Positions 27,434 to 37,025 of a stretch of 64,000 bases of DNA are shown here, one piece after another; position 1 is the stretch's first letter, and every line of letters starts with the position of its first letter. This DNA comes from an uncultured Parcubacteria group bacterium (GTDB taxonomy: Bacteria; Patescibacteriota; Patescibacteriia; UBA9934; CAMTUG01). The notes below the pieces were generated by a model. That model saw nothing but the letters and a program-made list of their open reading frames with translations, was not told where the DNA came from and ran no database searches. The stretch is taken from assembly GCA_947084965.1 (NCBI GenBank), contig CAMTUG010000001.1, forward strand, positions 409,301-473,300. Direction: 5' to 3'. The position numbers and the translations under genes are program-made.

Positions 27434-28357
27434 TTAGCGTAATTTATAGTATACGTGAGATCCAAATCGGACATCAATATACTCAAGCGCCGATCTGTCG
27501 GAAATCTCATTTTGAAGGACTGTAAGGGTGTTCCCGATCTGCTCTTCAACGTCCTGTTTAGTGTCGTACAATATATAGAATCCTTCGTTCGTATAGGCAC
27601 GAACCCATGGACCAGCACTCCGCTCAGCCTCAGACCGAGTAATCACAACCCCGCGCTCTCGCATCGCCCGAACGAACGCAAGAACCGACCTTACATCGCC
27701 GTCCTTGAGGACCTTCTTCCCCACCTCGACATCGGCCTTGGTGTCATCAATAATCAATGGGAGCGAATTGAGGTATAAGAGGAGCGGGAATGGCCCAAGG
27801 AGCGGCTCATCCCCTAGCAACGGTGTTGGTAGCCCGCGGTAGGTAAAGTAACCAAGTTCTTCAGGCGGCAGCGATCGAATGACTGTCCCAGATTCGTCGA
27901 CATAGTAGACGTAGGCATCTGATCGCCACAACAGTTGCGAAATGCGCTCTTTCACCGTTATGACAACAACGCTCTGTTCGATTGAGACATCCAGTGTCTC
28001 GAAGGAATACTTTTCGCCGATCAATCCAGTGAGTTTGTCCTGATCATAAAATAGACGATTCGATTGCGGAAAGATGAGAAATCGTCGACGCGCCAGCTGA
28101 TCCTCCGCCAGCTGCTTGATCTCTGCTCCGCTCATGAACTGCAGTCCGTCAACGCGCACGCCCTGAATGGTCCAAAGCGGAATAAAGCCGATGAGATAGA
28201 TGCACAGGCAGATGACCGCAGCGACGCCTGCACCGATAGCGTAGGACTTCCAGTGCCGCTCGGGCTTTGACTGGCGCGTAAAATATGGATTACGAAATGG
28301 GCGCGCCTCGCGGCGGTGCATCTGATAACGACGAAGGTAGTCTTTTTTCTCCGCCAT
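27434..28357 (-). CDS. FtsQ/DivIB-like cell division protein (POTRA domain)
   Basis: Basic N-terminus, single TM, I..VRVDG, ITVKER, YVDESG, C-terminal LEYIDVRFG..VYYK. Confidence 0.75.
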   Translation of the reverse strand: MAEKKDYLRRYQMHRREARPFRNPYFTRQSKPERHWKSYAIGAGVAAVICLCIYLIGFIPLWTIQGVRVDGLQFMSGAEIKQLAEDQLARRRFLIFPQSNRLFYDQDKLTGLIGEKYSFETLDVSIEQSVVVITVKERISQLLWRSDAYVYYVDESGTVIRSLPPEELGYFTYRGLPTPLLGDEPLLGPFPLLLYLNSLPLIIDDTKADVEVGKKVLKDGDVRSVLAFVRAMRERGVVITRSEAERSAGPWVRAYTNEGFYILYDTKQDVEEQIGNTLTVLQNEISDRSALEYIDVRFGSHVYYKLR

Positions 28358-28358
28358 A

Positions 28359-29498
28359 TTATGTAACGATCCGCGGGATCAGCGGATGGATGCGCGTCGT
28401 TACTTCATAGGCAATTGTTCCCGTGCGGTCTGCGATATCCTCAGCGCGCATCCGATTCTTACTTGAACGGCCGATCAAAACAACTTCGTCTTCAATCATG
28501 ATTTTCGGAATTTCGGTGACGTCGACGATGATCATGTTCATGCAGACCCGGCCTAAAACTCGACACAGCTGTCCGCGAATAATAACTTCACCGACCGAGC
28601 TGAGGCGACGATCGTAGCCATCATAGTACCCCACCGGAATGATAGCGACTTTTGAGTGGCGTCGCAGCACTTCGGAGCAACCAAAACCGATCGGCGTGCC
28701 CATAGGGGCATCTTTTATTTGGGCCACCCGCGTTTTCCAGGACATCACCGGTTCTAATTCAATACGACGATTGAGCAATCTCGCCGCGTGCCGCGCTTGG
28801 CGGGAGGGCCAAAAGCCGTAGGTTGAAACTCCTGGTCGCACGAGTGTTCCATGCGTTTGTGGGTACAAGATGACGGCTGCAGAGCAGGCCAAGTGAATCC
28901 ACGGCGGATGAAAGCCTTCGTCCCTTAGAATGTTGCAGGCGAGCCAAAACCGTTCGGTCTGATATTCGGCAAAGGCCTGACTCTCGGCTTCATCCACATT
29001 GGCATAATGTGTAGAAACTCCGACCAACTCAACGTTACGCAAGGGGGCGATCATCTGCGCGATCGCCGCCACCTGTTCAGGCCAGATCCCCTGCCGCATC
29101 GTTCCGGTTTCAATCTTCAAGTGAAGCTTGGCCGTCCGCCCCGCCTTTGCAGCGACGTCGTTTAACATCTGAATTGTTTCCGGATCATACACCGTCTGTT
29201 GCGCTTCAATCTCCACAACATCGGCCAGGCGATCATGCAAGGTGTAACCAAGAATAATGATCGTCGCTGAGGGGGCAAGCGCGCGCACCAGGATCGCCTC
29301 ATCAATACTGTCTACACAAAAAACGGCCACGCCATCATCACGCATGATCGGGACAATCTGACTGAGGCCGTGTCCGTAGGCATTGGATTTCACCACCCCG
29401 GCGTAGGTTACCCCTTCAGACAACAAAGAACGAAGCGCCGCGATGTTGGATCGAAGCGCTTGCGCGTTAATTTCTACCCACGTTTTCGCCCCTTGCAT
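28359..29498 (-). CDS. alr: Alanine racemase
   Basis: VVKSNAYGHG (PLP lysine), HLKIETGTMRQG, GYYDG, GRVCMN, TIAYEV. Confidence 0.95.
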   Translation of the reverse strand: MQGAKTWVEINAQALRSNIAALRSLLSEGVTYAGVVKSNAYGHGLSQIVPIMRDDGVAVFCVDSIDEAILVRALAPSATIIILGYTLHDRLADVVEIEAQQTVYDPETIQMLNDVAAKAGRTAKLHLKIETGTMRQGIWPEQVAAIAQMIAPLRNVELVGVSTHYANVDEAESQAFAEYQTERFWLACNILRDEGFHPPWIHLACSAAVILYPQTHGTLVRPGVSTYGFWPSRQARHAARLLNRRIELEPVMSWKTRVAQIKDAPMGTPIGFGCSEVLRRHSKVAIIPVGYYDGYDRRLSSVGEVIIRGQLCRVLGRVCMNMIIVDVTEIPKIMIEDEVVLIGRSSKNRMRAEDIADRTGTIAYEVTTRIHPLIPRIVT

Positions 29499-29502
29499 AC
29501 GT

Positions 29503-30774
29503 TCATTTGACAACCGTTCTGCCGCCCATGAATGGACGGAGCACTTCAGGAATCATCACGCTCCCGTCTTCTTGCTGATAGTTTTCCAAAATGGCAACAA
29601 GCGTGCGTCCAGCAAACGCCGTGGCGTCGTTCATGTGCACCAGTTGATTCTTGCCGTCAATCTTCACCTTCGTATTTAATCGCCGTGCCTGATAATCGCT
29701 CATGTAATCCGCCGAGTGCGTCTCGCGGTACTTCCCTTCCCCGGGCATCCACGTTTCGATATCGATATGACGCGCGTCAGGATCCCCCTGATCACCGGTG
29801 CAAGTCATCACCACTTGATACGCAAGTCCGAGCTGCTGATTTATATGCTCTTCGATCGCCACAAAAAAATCTTGCTCGGCAATCCCCTGCTCGGCGGTAG
29901 TGAACGACTCCATCTCTAATTTTTGGAATTGATGCAGGCGCAATAATCCGTGCGTATCTTTGCCATAGGAACCCGCTTCTCGACGGAAGGCCGGCGTAAA
30001 CGCGGCATAGCGTCGGGGGAGATCTTCTGCCTTGAACGTTTCGTCCATGTGGAGCGGCCCGAGGGTGTGTTCAGCAGAGCCGATCAAATAAAGGTCGTCA
30101 GACGGGATGTGATAACGCTCGTCCGTTGGATGCAACCGGGCCATCTTTTCAAAAACGTCCGGCTTGATCATCATCGGCGGCATAACAGGGATAAAGGCTG
30201 TTGGCTGCACGTCGAGCCCGGCCTTTTCGGCAATGGACTTCAGTGCGAGCTCATCGGTCAGAATAGAGAGGACGTACTGCACCATCGCCTGCTCGAGCAA
30301 TACGAGCCCCCCGAGCATATAAGCAAAGCGAGCGCCGGACACGTTTGAAGCCGCCTCTTTGTTGACAATGCCAAGTTTTACCCCGAGTGTTTCGTGATCA
30401 AGAGGCTTAAAGGAAAATTCCGGGCGCGTGCCCCACTGACGTAAAACAACGTTTGCCGATTCATCTTTTCCAACCGGAGTGTCATCGCTCGGCAGATTGG
30501 GGACTTTCCAAAGAAGGTCTTTCAGCGTCTCTTCAAGGACTGCCAGCTCCGGCTCTAGAAGTGCTGACTCAACTTTAAGTGCCTTCCCCTGTTCAATATT
30601 CTTCTCTTTTGCCGCTTCGTTGCGCAGACGATTTAACTCATCAAGCTTGCCCTGTACTTCGCGCTTGCGGCTGTCTAACCGCAAGATTTCGTCGATATCG
30701 ACGCTGCTGTTCTTGCTCTTGCAAGCGGCTTTAACGCGATCGGTCTGTTCGCGAATGATGGTAATGTCAATCAT
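29503..30774 (-). CDS. serS: Serine--tRNA ligase
   Basis: N-terminal coiled coil, VPNLP, FRREAGSYGKDT.GL.RLHQFQKLE, AILENYQ. Confidence 0.96.
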   Translation of the reverse strand: MIDITIIREQTDRVKAACKSKNSSVDIDEILRLDSRKREVQGKLDELNRLRNEAAKEKNIEQGKALKVESALLEPELAVLEETLKDLLWKVPNLPSDDTPVGKDESANVVLRQWGTRPEFSFKPLDHETLGVKLGIVNKEAASNVSGARFAYMLGGLVLLEQAMVQYVLSILTDELALKSIAEKAGLDVQPTAFIPVMPPMMIKPDVFEKMARLHPTDERYHIPSDDLYLIGSAEHTLGPLHMDETFKAEDLPRRYAAFTPAFRREAGSYGKDTHGLLRLHQFQKLEMESFTTAEQGIAEQDFFVAIEEHINQQLGLAYQVVMTCTGDQGDPDARHIDIETWMPGEGKYRETHSADYMSDYQARRLNTKVKIDGKNQLVHMNDATAFAGRTLVAILENYQQEDGSVMIPEVLRPFMGGRTVVK

Positions 30775-30775
30775 A

Positions 30776-31213
30776 TTAAGCTGAGGCGCGGCCGGAACGA
30801 TCACCGGCAGGCGGCGGGATAAGGGAGGATTTGTACAGATCCGGACGGTGGGAGGAGATCGTCACCGTTTCAATCTTCAGCCCATGCGCGGCGATCCACG
30901 CTTCGATCTCTTCTTTTAGGGCTGTTTGATCGTAGCCGAGGGCGATCAGATCCGGTTTGACCTCTTCAAGAATCTTCCAGCTTCCGAGCTCGCGATCCCC
31001 ATAGAACACTTCGTCCACGACGGTGCATTCCGCCAGCGCCTCACGCCGTTCAATTTCAGGCCTCTTTGGCTGATGGCCTTTTAATTCTACAACAACGGAA
31101 TCTCGGGCGATACAGACAACCAGACGACCCCCGAGCTTCTTTGCTTCTTCGAGAAAATACTCATGTCCTGGGTGCACACCGTCAAACGTTCCGAAGACCA
31201 TCACTGTTTTCAT
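30776..31213 (-). CDS. Cytidylyltransferase-family nucleotidyltransferase (RibL-type FAD synthase-like)
   Basis: VFGTFDGVHPGH, IARD, KPDLIALGYDQ, YKSS. Confidence 0.8.
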   Translation of the reverse strand: MKTVMVFGTFDGVHPGHEYFLEEAKKLGGRLVVCIARDSVVVELKGHQPKRPEIERREALAECTVVDEVFYGDRELGSWKILEEVKPDLIALGYDQTALKEEIEAWIAAHGLKIETVTISSHRPDLYKSSLIPPPAGDRSGRASA

Positions 31214-31214
31214 A

Positions 31215-33185
31215 CTATTCTGCCGCATCCACTTCCTCTGGTGATTCAGCGATCAGGTAATCAGCAAGATTCATGCGGATCGAATCGGTCAGACTCCCGG
31301 CATTGAAGAAGATCTCTTCGTTTTCTTTAAGCCGTTGATCCATGTGCGTGACGAGGCCGAGCACGGACCCGAATGGAGGAACAGATCCCGGAACGCAGGA
31401 GGTCACCTCAATCACCTCTTCTGGAGAGGCAAAACTGAAGCGTTCACCGATGATCTTCCCGACTTTTTTCTGATCAAGTTTGCAATCGTCCGGTAAAACG
31501 AAATGGTAAAACTTCCCCGTTTTCTTTCCTTTGACAATGATCGCTTTCGCCCCTTGATGGTGCGGACGCTTCGCTGGATCAAACCCAAGCGCTTCGTCCG
31601 AATCCTCCGGGCGCGAACCGTGATGCTTGGTGATATAGGCGATTTTTTTCTCTTCCAACCGCTGTTTAATCGCCCCAAAAACATCGTCGGTTTTCTCGCG
31701 TTTCATGGACACAGATTCGTCGACAGGTGCTTCTGGCTTAAGCGTCGGAAAGAGAATAACCTCCTTAATGCTGTGATTGCCTGAGAGAATAGCGCAAAGA
31801 CGATCGATACCCATGCCATAACCAGCTGCCGGTGGCATACCGATCTTCAGCGCTTCGATGTAGTCATGATCAACACGATGCGCATCTTCGCTCCCCTGCT
31901 CGCGGAACGCTTCCTGTTCTTCGAACCGTTCAAGCTGTTCGAGTGGATCGTTTAATTCGCTCCAACCATTAATCACTTCCATCCCCTTCACCAGGAGCTG
32001 AACGTTCTCGGCCTTTTCTGGATCATCTTTCGAACGCTTGGCGAGCGGCTTCATCGCTGACGGATATTCAAAAACAAAGGTCGGTTGAATGATATTCACA
32101 CGGACACGTTTTTTCCAAACCTCATCGCAGAGCTCGCCGAATCCAACAATCCCCTCTTCGTTAATCTGACAACGCTTCATCTCTGCACGCAATGCTTCTT
32201 CTGTATTCGCCACTGAAAGATTAATTCCTGTATCTTTTAGAACAAGATCATAAAAGGAAGCACGAGCGATCTTTGAGAAATCGAGCAGATCTTCGCCGTG
32301 GGTAATTTGCATTGCTCCACCAGTTGCTGCTTTGACACAAGCCATCAACAATCCTTCCAGATGATCGATCATTTGATCACGATCAGTGTATGCCGAGTAA
32401 CACTCGACTTGAGTGAATTCCGGATTGTGCTGAAAGCTGATTCCTTCGTTGCGGAAACAACGTGCAAGTTCAAAAACCTTTTCAAATCCTCCGACCATGC
32501 AGCGCTTTAAATACAGCTCAGGAGCAATACGCAAGTAAAGATCGGCATCGAGGGCATTATGATGGGTCACAAACGGACGCGCCTCCGCACCACCAGCAAG
32601 CGGCTGAAGAATCGGCGTTTCAACTTCCATGAACCCTTCGTCATGCAAAAATGTACGGACCGCATGCACAACACGCGAACGCATTTTAAAAACTTCGCGC
32701 ACCGTCGGGTTGCTGGCCATATCGAGATAGCGCTTTCGATAGCGCACCTCGGTGTCCGACAAGCCGTGCCACTTTTCTGGTAGGGGTAACAATGTTTTGG
32801 TTAATAGGCGGACTTCGGAAACCAAAACGGTCGGCTCCTCCGTTTTCGTCAGATAAGCGACCCCGCGCACTTCTATAAAATCCCCATGATCGAAATGATC
32901 ATGGAAAAATTGATAACGTTCTTCACCGATGTCATCCCGTTTGAGGGCGATCTGCGTGCCACCGAAATCGTCTTCCAGCGAAACAAAGGTCATCCCACCA
33001 TGTTTACGCACAGCGAGCATGCGTCCAACGAGCGTCAACGGCTGCTGAGAATCGACAAGATCACGAAAAACGGCATTGAATTGCGCTGTTGTGTGCGTGC
33101 GCACTGCTGACGTCGGGTAAGGATTGATTCCTTTGGCCCGCAGGTCTGCAAGCCGCGCCCGTCGTGCGCCTTCTTCTTCGATCAT
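31215..33185 (-). CDS. lysS: Lysine--tRNA ligase (class II) with C-terminal YbaK/INS-superfamily domain
   Basis: OB-fold, LPEKWHGL, YLRIAPELYLKR, FRNEG..HNPEFT, GMPPAAGYGMGIDRL, VILFP; then about 165 aa with GAKAIIVK, VPGSVPPFG, FFNAG. Confidence 0.95.
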   Translation of the reverse strand: MIEEEGARRARLADLRAKGINPYPTSAVRTHTTAQFNAVFRDLVDSQQPLTLVGRMLAVRKHGGMTFVSLEDDFGGTQIALKRDDIGEERYQFFHDHFDHGDFIEVRGVAYLTKTEEPTVLVSEVRLLTKTLLPLPEKWHGLSDTEVRYRKRYLDMASNPTVREVFKMRSRVVHAVRTFLHDEGFMEVETPILQPLAGGAEARPFVTHHNALDADLYLRIAPELYLKRCMVGGFEKVFELARCFRNEGISFQHNPEFTQVECYSAYTDRDQMIDHLEGLLMACVKAATGGAMQITHGEDLLDFSKIARASFYDLVLKDTGINLSVANTEEALRAEMKRCQINEEGIVGFGELCDEVWKKRVRVNIIQPTFVFEYPSAMKPLAKRSKDDPEKAENVQLLVKGMEVINGWSELNDPLEQLERFEEQEAFREQGSEDAHRVDHDYIEALKIGMPPAAGYGMGIDRLCAILSGNHSIKEVILFPTLKPEAPVDESVSMKREKTDDVFGAIKQRLEEKKIAYITKHHGSRPEDSDEALGFDPAKRPHHQGAKAIIVKGKKTGKFYHFVLPDDCKLDQKKVGKIIGERFSFASPEEVIEVTSCVPGSVPPFGSVLGLVTHMDQRLKENEEIFFNAGSLTDSIRMNLADYLIAESPEEVDAAE

Positions 33186-33186
33186 A

Positions 33187-33645
33187 TTATTCAACACTCA
33201 AAATCTTGTAACTCATCTTACCAGACGGGACGGTTACCTCAACGGTGTCGCCTGCCTCCTTACCAACAAACGATACGCCGATCGGCGATTCATTGCTGAT
33301 CTTCCCCGCGAGCGGATCGGCCTCCGTCGCACCGACCATCTGAAACGTTTTCTCCACGCCGCCGACCTTCACCTGAAAGGTGCTCCCGAGGTTAATCTTT
33401 CCTCCGGATTTTTTCACAACAACGCTGGCGTTGCGAATCATATCTTCCAGATCAAGAATGCGTGACTCATTCTGTGCCTGATCGTCCTTGGCAACATGAT
33501 ATTCAAAATTCTCGGAAAGATCGCCGAGTTCCTTGGCGGAAGCGATGCGCGAAGTGATCTCCAGCCGATTGACCGTCTTGCGCATGGCGAGCTCATCTTT
33601 GAGCTGCTGCAGACCTTCTTCTGAAACGTACGTCACTTGACTCAT
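33187..33645 (-). CDS. greA: Transcription elongation factor GreA
   Basis: AKELGDLSENFEYHVAK, EADPLAGKISNESPIG. Confidence 0.96.
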   Translation of the reverse strand: MSQVTYVSEEGLQQLKDELAMRKTVNRLEITSRIASAKELGDLSENFEYHVAKDDQAQNESRILDLEDMIRNASVVVKKSGGKINLGSTFQVKVGGVEKTFQMVGATEADPLAGKISNESPIGVSFVGKEAGDTVEVTVPSGKMSYKILSVE

Positions 33646-33679
33646 AAAACCTATGCTTTGAACAGAAGAGACCAGCCCA

Positions 33680-35737
33680 TCAGACGGGCCGGTCAGCATC
33701 ATTAGATCCATCGTAATTCGCTGGAAGATTCGCGTCAAGTGGATTCTCCACAGGGGTGGGGGTGGGTGCAGGTGGCGGTGAAGCGATCTCAAATTGTGTA
33801 AACCACCAAGCCAGAATCTCCTGGGCAATCGGAACAGCGACAGCATCACCGGCCCCACCCTCTTCTATCAATACGGTGATCACCACCTGCGGATCCTCAA
33901 ATGGCGCGAACCCGGTAAACCAGGCGTGGGTTTTGTAGAGGCTTGACCACTGGGCGGTACCGGTCTTCCCCGCCGACGTCACCGGCAGAGAGAGCAATCT
34001 ACGAGCACTACCTGAAGTAACGGCTTGGCGCATCCCGTCGCGCACAATCGCAATTGTCTGAGCATCGACGACCTGTTCGCTCTGAACGATCGGCTCGGCC
34101 AGAGCCTCCCCCGCCTCACTTTCGAGAGCGTGCATCACCCGCGGCTGGTAGAGCGTTCCCCCGTTTGCCACCGTCGATGTCATGGAAGCGATCTGCAGAG
34201 GGGTAACGAGCAAATCTCCTTGACCGATGGAAACGTTGTACGTGTCCCCGATATACCAACGCTCGCCCTTCGCCTCTTCCTTCCACACCTTACTTGGTAA
34301 AAACCCACTCGCTTCATTTGGCAGATCAACCCCAAGAACCGTTCCGAATCCGAACCGAGCCGCGTACGTCATGATCCGCTCAACACCGAGTCCAACAAAT
34401 CCGTCATAGCCGCCACCGATGTAGTAAAAAAAGGTATTAATGGATTCGGCCAGAGCACGCGTCACATTTGTTATCCCATGACCGCCTAGGTTCCAATCAT
34501 AAAAACTCCAAATTCCAACATGGATCGAGCCGGTTGAGAGAAAGCTTGTGGAGCGATTGATCAACCCCTCGGCAAGGGCAGCCGCGGCTACGACTGGCTT
34601 AAACGTAGAGCCCGAAGGAAACTGACCTGAGATCGCGCGATTAAAAAGGGGGCGATTCACATCTTCAAGAAGGGCGGTGTACGTTTTCTGATCAATCCCC
34701 TCCGCAAATTTATTGCTATCGAAGGCCGGCGTTGAGACGAGGGATAAGATCTCTCCCGTGGTCGGGTCCATCATGACGACCGCCGCCCGAGCCGATGTTC
34801 CCAAATGCCCCTCGAGCACCTGTTCAATCTTAGCGGTCAGTGTGGCGTCAATGGACAAGATGACGTTTTGGCCATCGATCGGGTCTTCTTTGGTGATGAT
34901 CGCAGCAGCACGCCCGAGCGCGTCCACTTCCACAATCTTGCGTCCGTACGTCCCACGCAAAACAGACTCATAGGATTCCTCCACCCCAAGCTTGCCGATA
35001 TTATCGATCATCCGATATCCGCTTTCGTCCAGCCGATCGTATTCTTCGGCGCTGATCCGCCCTGTGTAGCCGAGAACGTGTGAGAGCGTTGGAATCTCAT
35101 CCGTCTTATACGTGCGAATTGTTGCCGATTCCACTTGCACCCCAGGAAAGCGATCCATTTGTGTCATGAGCGAAAGGGCTGCGTCGTACGAAAGCGCTTC
35201 ATTTAGTACAACCGGATCTTTTTCGTTGGCAGCACTTCCGAGAATGGAGAGCATCTGCGGGACAGGTGTACCGGTCACTTCAGCCAGTTCCTCCAAAAAA
35301 GCCACACGCTGATCGATCACTTTTGGAATCGTGGCCGGCGTCGCCACCAGCCGAAAGGTCGAAGCGTTTTCCGCGAGCGGAGTGCGATTGCGGTCGTAAA
35401 TAATCCCCCGCTTTGAGGGGATCATTTCAATTCGCACGCGATTGCCTTCCGCCTCGGTGCGAAACTCATCCCCAAGGACGACTTGTAAATGAGCGGCCTT
35501 GGCCAAAAATAATCCAAATACCGTTGTTAAAACGATCGCGCCGATACGCAAACGGCGATCGGAAAGGGTCACCCCAATAAATTGGCGCGTCGGAGGATCA
35601 TCGCGCAGACGTGCCGACTCGGCTAATGATTCGTCAAAAAAAGAACCGGCCGCATATTCGCGCACCACCCCAAGCGTCGGATCATCTCCGAGCAAAAAAA
35701 CGGCGCTCTCCGGTTTTTTTCGACGAAAGAAGTTCAT
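33680..35737 (-). CDS. mrdA: Penicillin-binding protein 2
   Basis: RGIIYDRN, HVLGY, GSTFK (SxxK), SIN (SxN), GKTGTAQ; follows mreBCD. Confidence 0.94.
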   Translation of the reverse strand: MNFFRRKKPESAVFLLGDDPTLGVVREYAAGSFFDESLAESARLRDDPPTRQFIGVTLSDRRLRIGAIVLTTVFGLFLAKAAHLQVVLGDEFRTEAEGNRVRIEMIPSKRGIIYDRNRTPLAENASTFRLVATPATIPKVIDQRVAFLEELAEVTGTPVPQMLSILGSAANEKDPVVLNEALSYDAALSLMTQMDRFPGVQVESATIRTYKTDEIPTLSHVLGYTGRISAEEYDRLDESGYRMIDNIGKLGVEESYESVLRGTYGRKIVEVDALGRAAAIITKEDPIDGQNVILSIDATLTAKIEQVLEGHLGTSARAAVVMMDPTTGEILSLVSTPAFDSNKFAEGIDQKTYTALLEDVNRPLFNRAISGQFPSGSTFKPVVAAAALAEGLINRSTSFLSTGSIHVGIWSFYDWNLGGHGITNVTRALAESINTFFYYIGGGYDGFVGLGVERIMTYAARFGFGTVLGVDLPNEASGFLPSKVWKEEAKGERWYIGDTYNVSIGQGDLLVTPLQIASMTSTVANGGTLYQPRVMHALESEAGEALAEPIVQSEQVVDAQTIAIVRDGMRQAVTSGSARRLLSLPVTSAGKTGTAQWSSLYKTHAWFTGFAPFEDPQVVITVLIEEGGAGDAVAVPIAQEILAWWFTQFEIASPPPAPTPTPVENPLDANLPANYDGSNDADRPV

Positions 35738-36234
35738 GAAGTACGAATCAGGAAGAGTGATTGCAGGAGACGCGACAGGCGCCGACTAACGATAAAGGTA
35801 AGTGCGAGAACAAAGGCAAAGAGAAAAACTTGTATCAGAGGAGCACGTAGTTGTAGTTCTGAAGGATCAATAATTAGCAGGACGGCACCGTTCGCAAGAT
35901 GCAGAGCGAGATCCATGGATAAACCTAATCCCATCATGGCATAGAACGATCGATTGGTGAACACCTTTTTCTGAAGAAGAACGCCCGTTAAACCGGCACT
36001 ACTGTAGGCAAAGGTGATCAGGTGTCCAGGCGTACCCATCAGATCAAGCAGGATCCCCCCAATAATCATCCAGATACAGCCGACATTTGGACGCACAAAG
36101 TGAGCGATCAGGACCCCAAAGAGCAGAACGAGCGGAAAAGATCTGATCGGCTCCGGAAAAGAGGCAAGAAACGAGAGCTCTGTTGTGACTACCCCTATCA
36201 GCAACAAAAAGCTAAGGAAGGCCTGGAGGATCAT
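35734..36234 (-). CDS. mreD: MreD-like membrane protein
   Basis: About 5 TM helices, GILLDL motif, located between mreC and mrdA. Confidence 0.6.
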   Translation of the reverse strand: MILQAFLSFLLLIGVVTTELSFLASFPEPIRSFPLVLLFGVLIAHFVRPNVGCIWMIIGGILLDLMGTPGHLITFAYSSAGLTGVLLQKKVFTNRSFYAMMGLGLSMDLALHLANGAVLLIIDPSELQLRAPLIQVFLFAFVLALTFIVSRRLSRLLQSLFLIRTS

Positions 36235-37022
36235 AAAATTTCAACAACGCTCAGATGCTCAAGGTCGATCAGCGGTTCGACAAGTACGGCCTGAAACGGA
36301 TCATGCTCATCCTTAAGCACTTCGCGCACAACACCGATTACGAGCCCGGGAGGGATTTGCGGATCGAGCCCTGACGTTGCCAAAAGCTGATCAATGGCGA
36401 CGTCCGCTGACTGCGGAATAAAGGAAACCTTAAGTAGAACGCCCCCCTGTCCTTCAGCAATCCCGATCGTTTCGGTCGCATTCATGAGCTTCGCTCCCAC
36501 ATTACTTGATTCGTCAATCAGGAGTCTGACCACAGAAGCGTGTGGTTCGACGGCAACCACCACCCCAACAAACATCCCGTCACCAGAAATGACCGCCGCA
36601 CCGACCCGACTCCCCTCCTCCGACCCTTGGTCCACTAACAAAGTATCACCTTCAATTTCGCCGCTACGTCCCATGACCTGAGCGAGCAGTCCGTTCCTAT
36701 CGGACGTCTGCATGTAGTTCAGCAGGGCCTGCAGCTCTTTGACCTGGCCCTGCAGCTCCTGATAGTCAACCCGGTCAATAGCAAGCGCAGTTAACTGTCG
36801 CTTCAACTCCGTGTTCTCCTCTTCGAGCTTCAGACGTGAATAAAAAATGTCGTCAGTGAAGCGAGAAATACTTGTTCCAGCCGAAAACAGTCCAGCCCGA
36901 AGGGTGTGAAAAGCTACAACAACCGGGGTCGTGTTCCGCAATAAAAGAACGAGCAAGAAAAACCCGGCGATCACCGCCGCAAACGTGAGCAATCGACCGT
37001 GACGAAGGACACGTACGCGCAT
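36231..37022 (-). CDS. mreC: Rod shape-determining protein MreC
   Basis: TM, coiled coil LEEENTELK, VDQGSEEG, TSGLDPQIPPGLVIG. Confidence 0.9.
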   Translation of the reverse strand: MRVRVLRHGRLLTFAAVIAGFFLLVLLLRNTTPVVVAFHTLRAGLFSAGTSISRFTDDIFYSRLKLEEENTELKRQLTALAIDRVDYQELQGQVKELQALLNYMQTSDRNGLLAQVMGRSGEIEGDTLLVDQGSEEGSRVGAAVISGDGMFVGVVVAVEPHASVVRLLIDESSNVGAKLMNATETIGIAEGQGGVLLKVSFIPQSADVAIDQLLATSGLDPQIPPGLVIGVVREVLKDEHDPFQAVLVEPLIDLEHLSVVEIL

Positions 37023-37025
37023 AGA

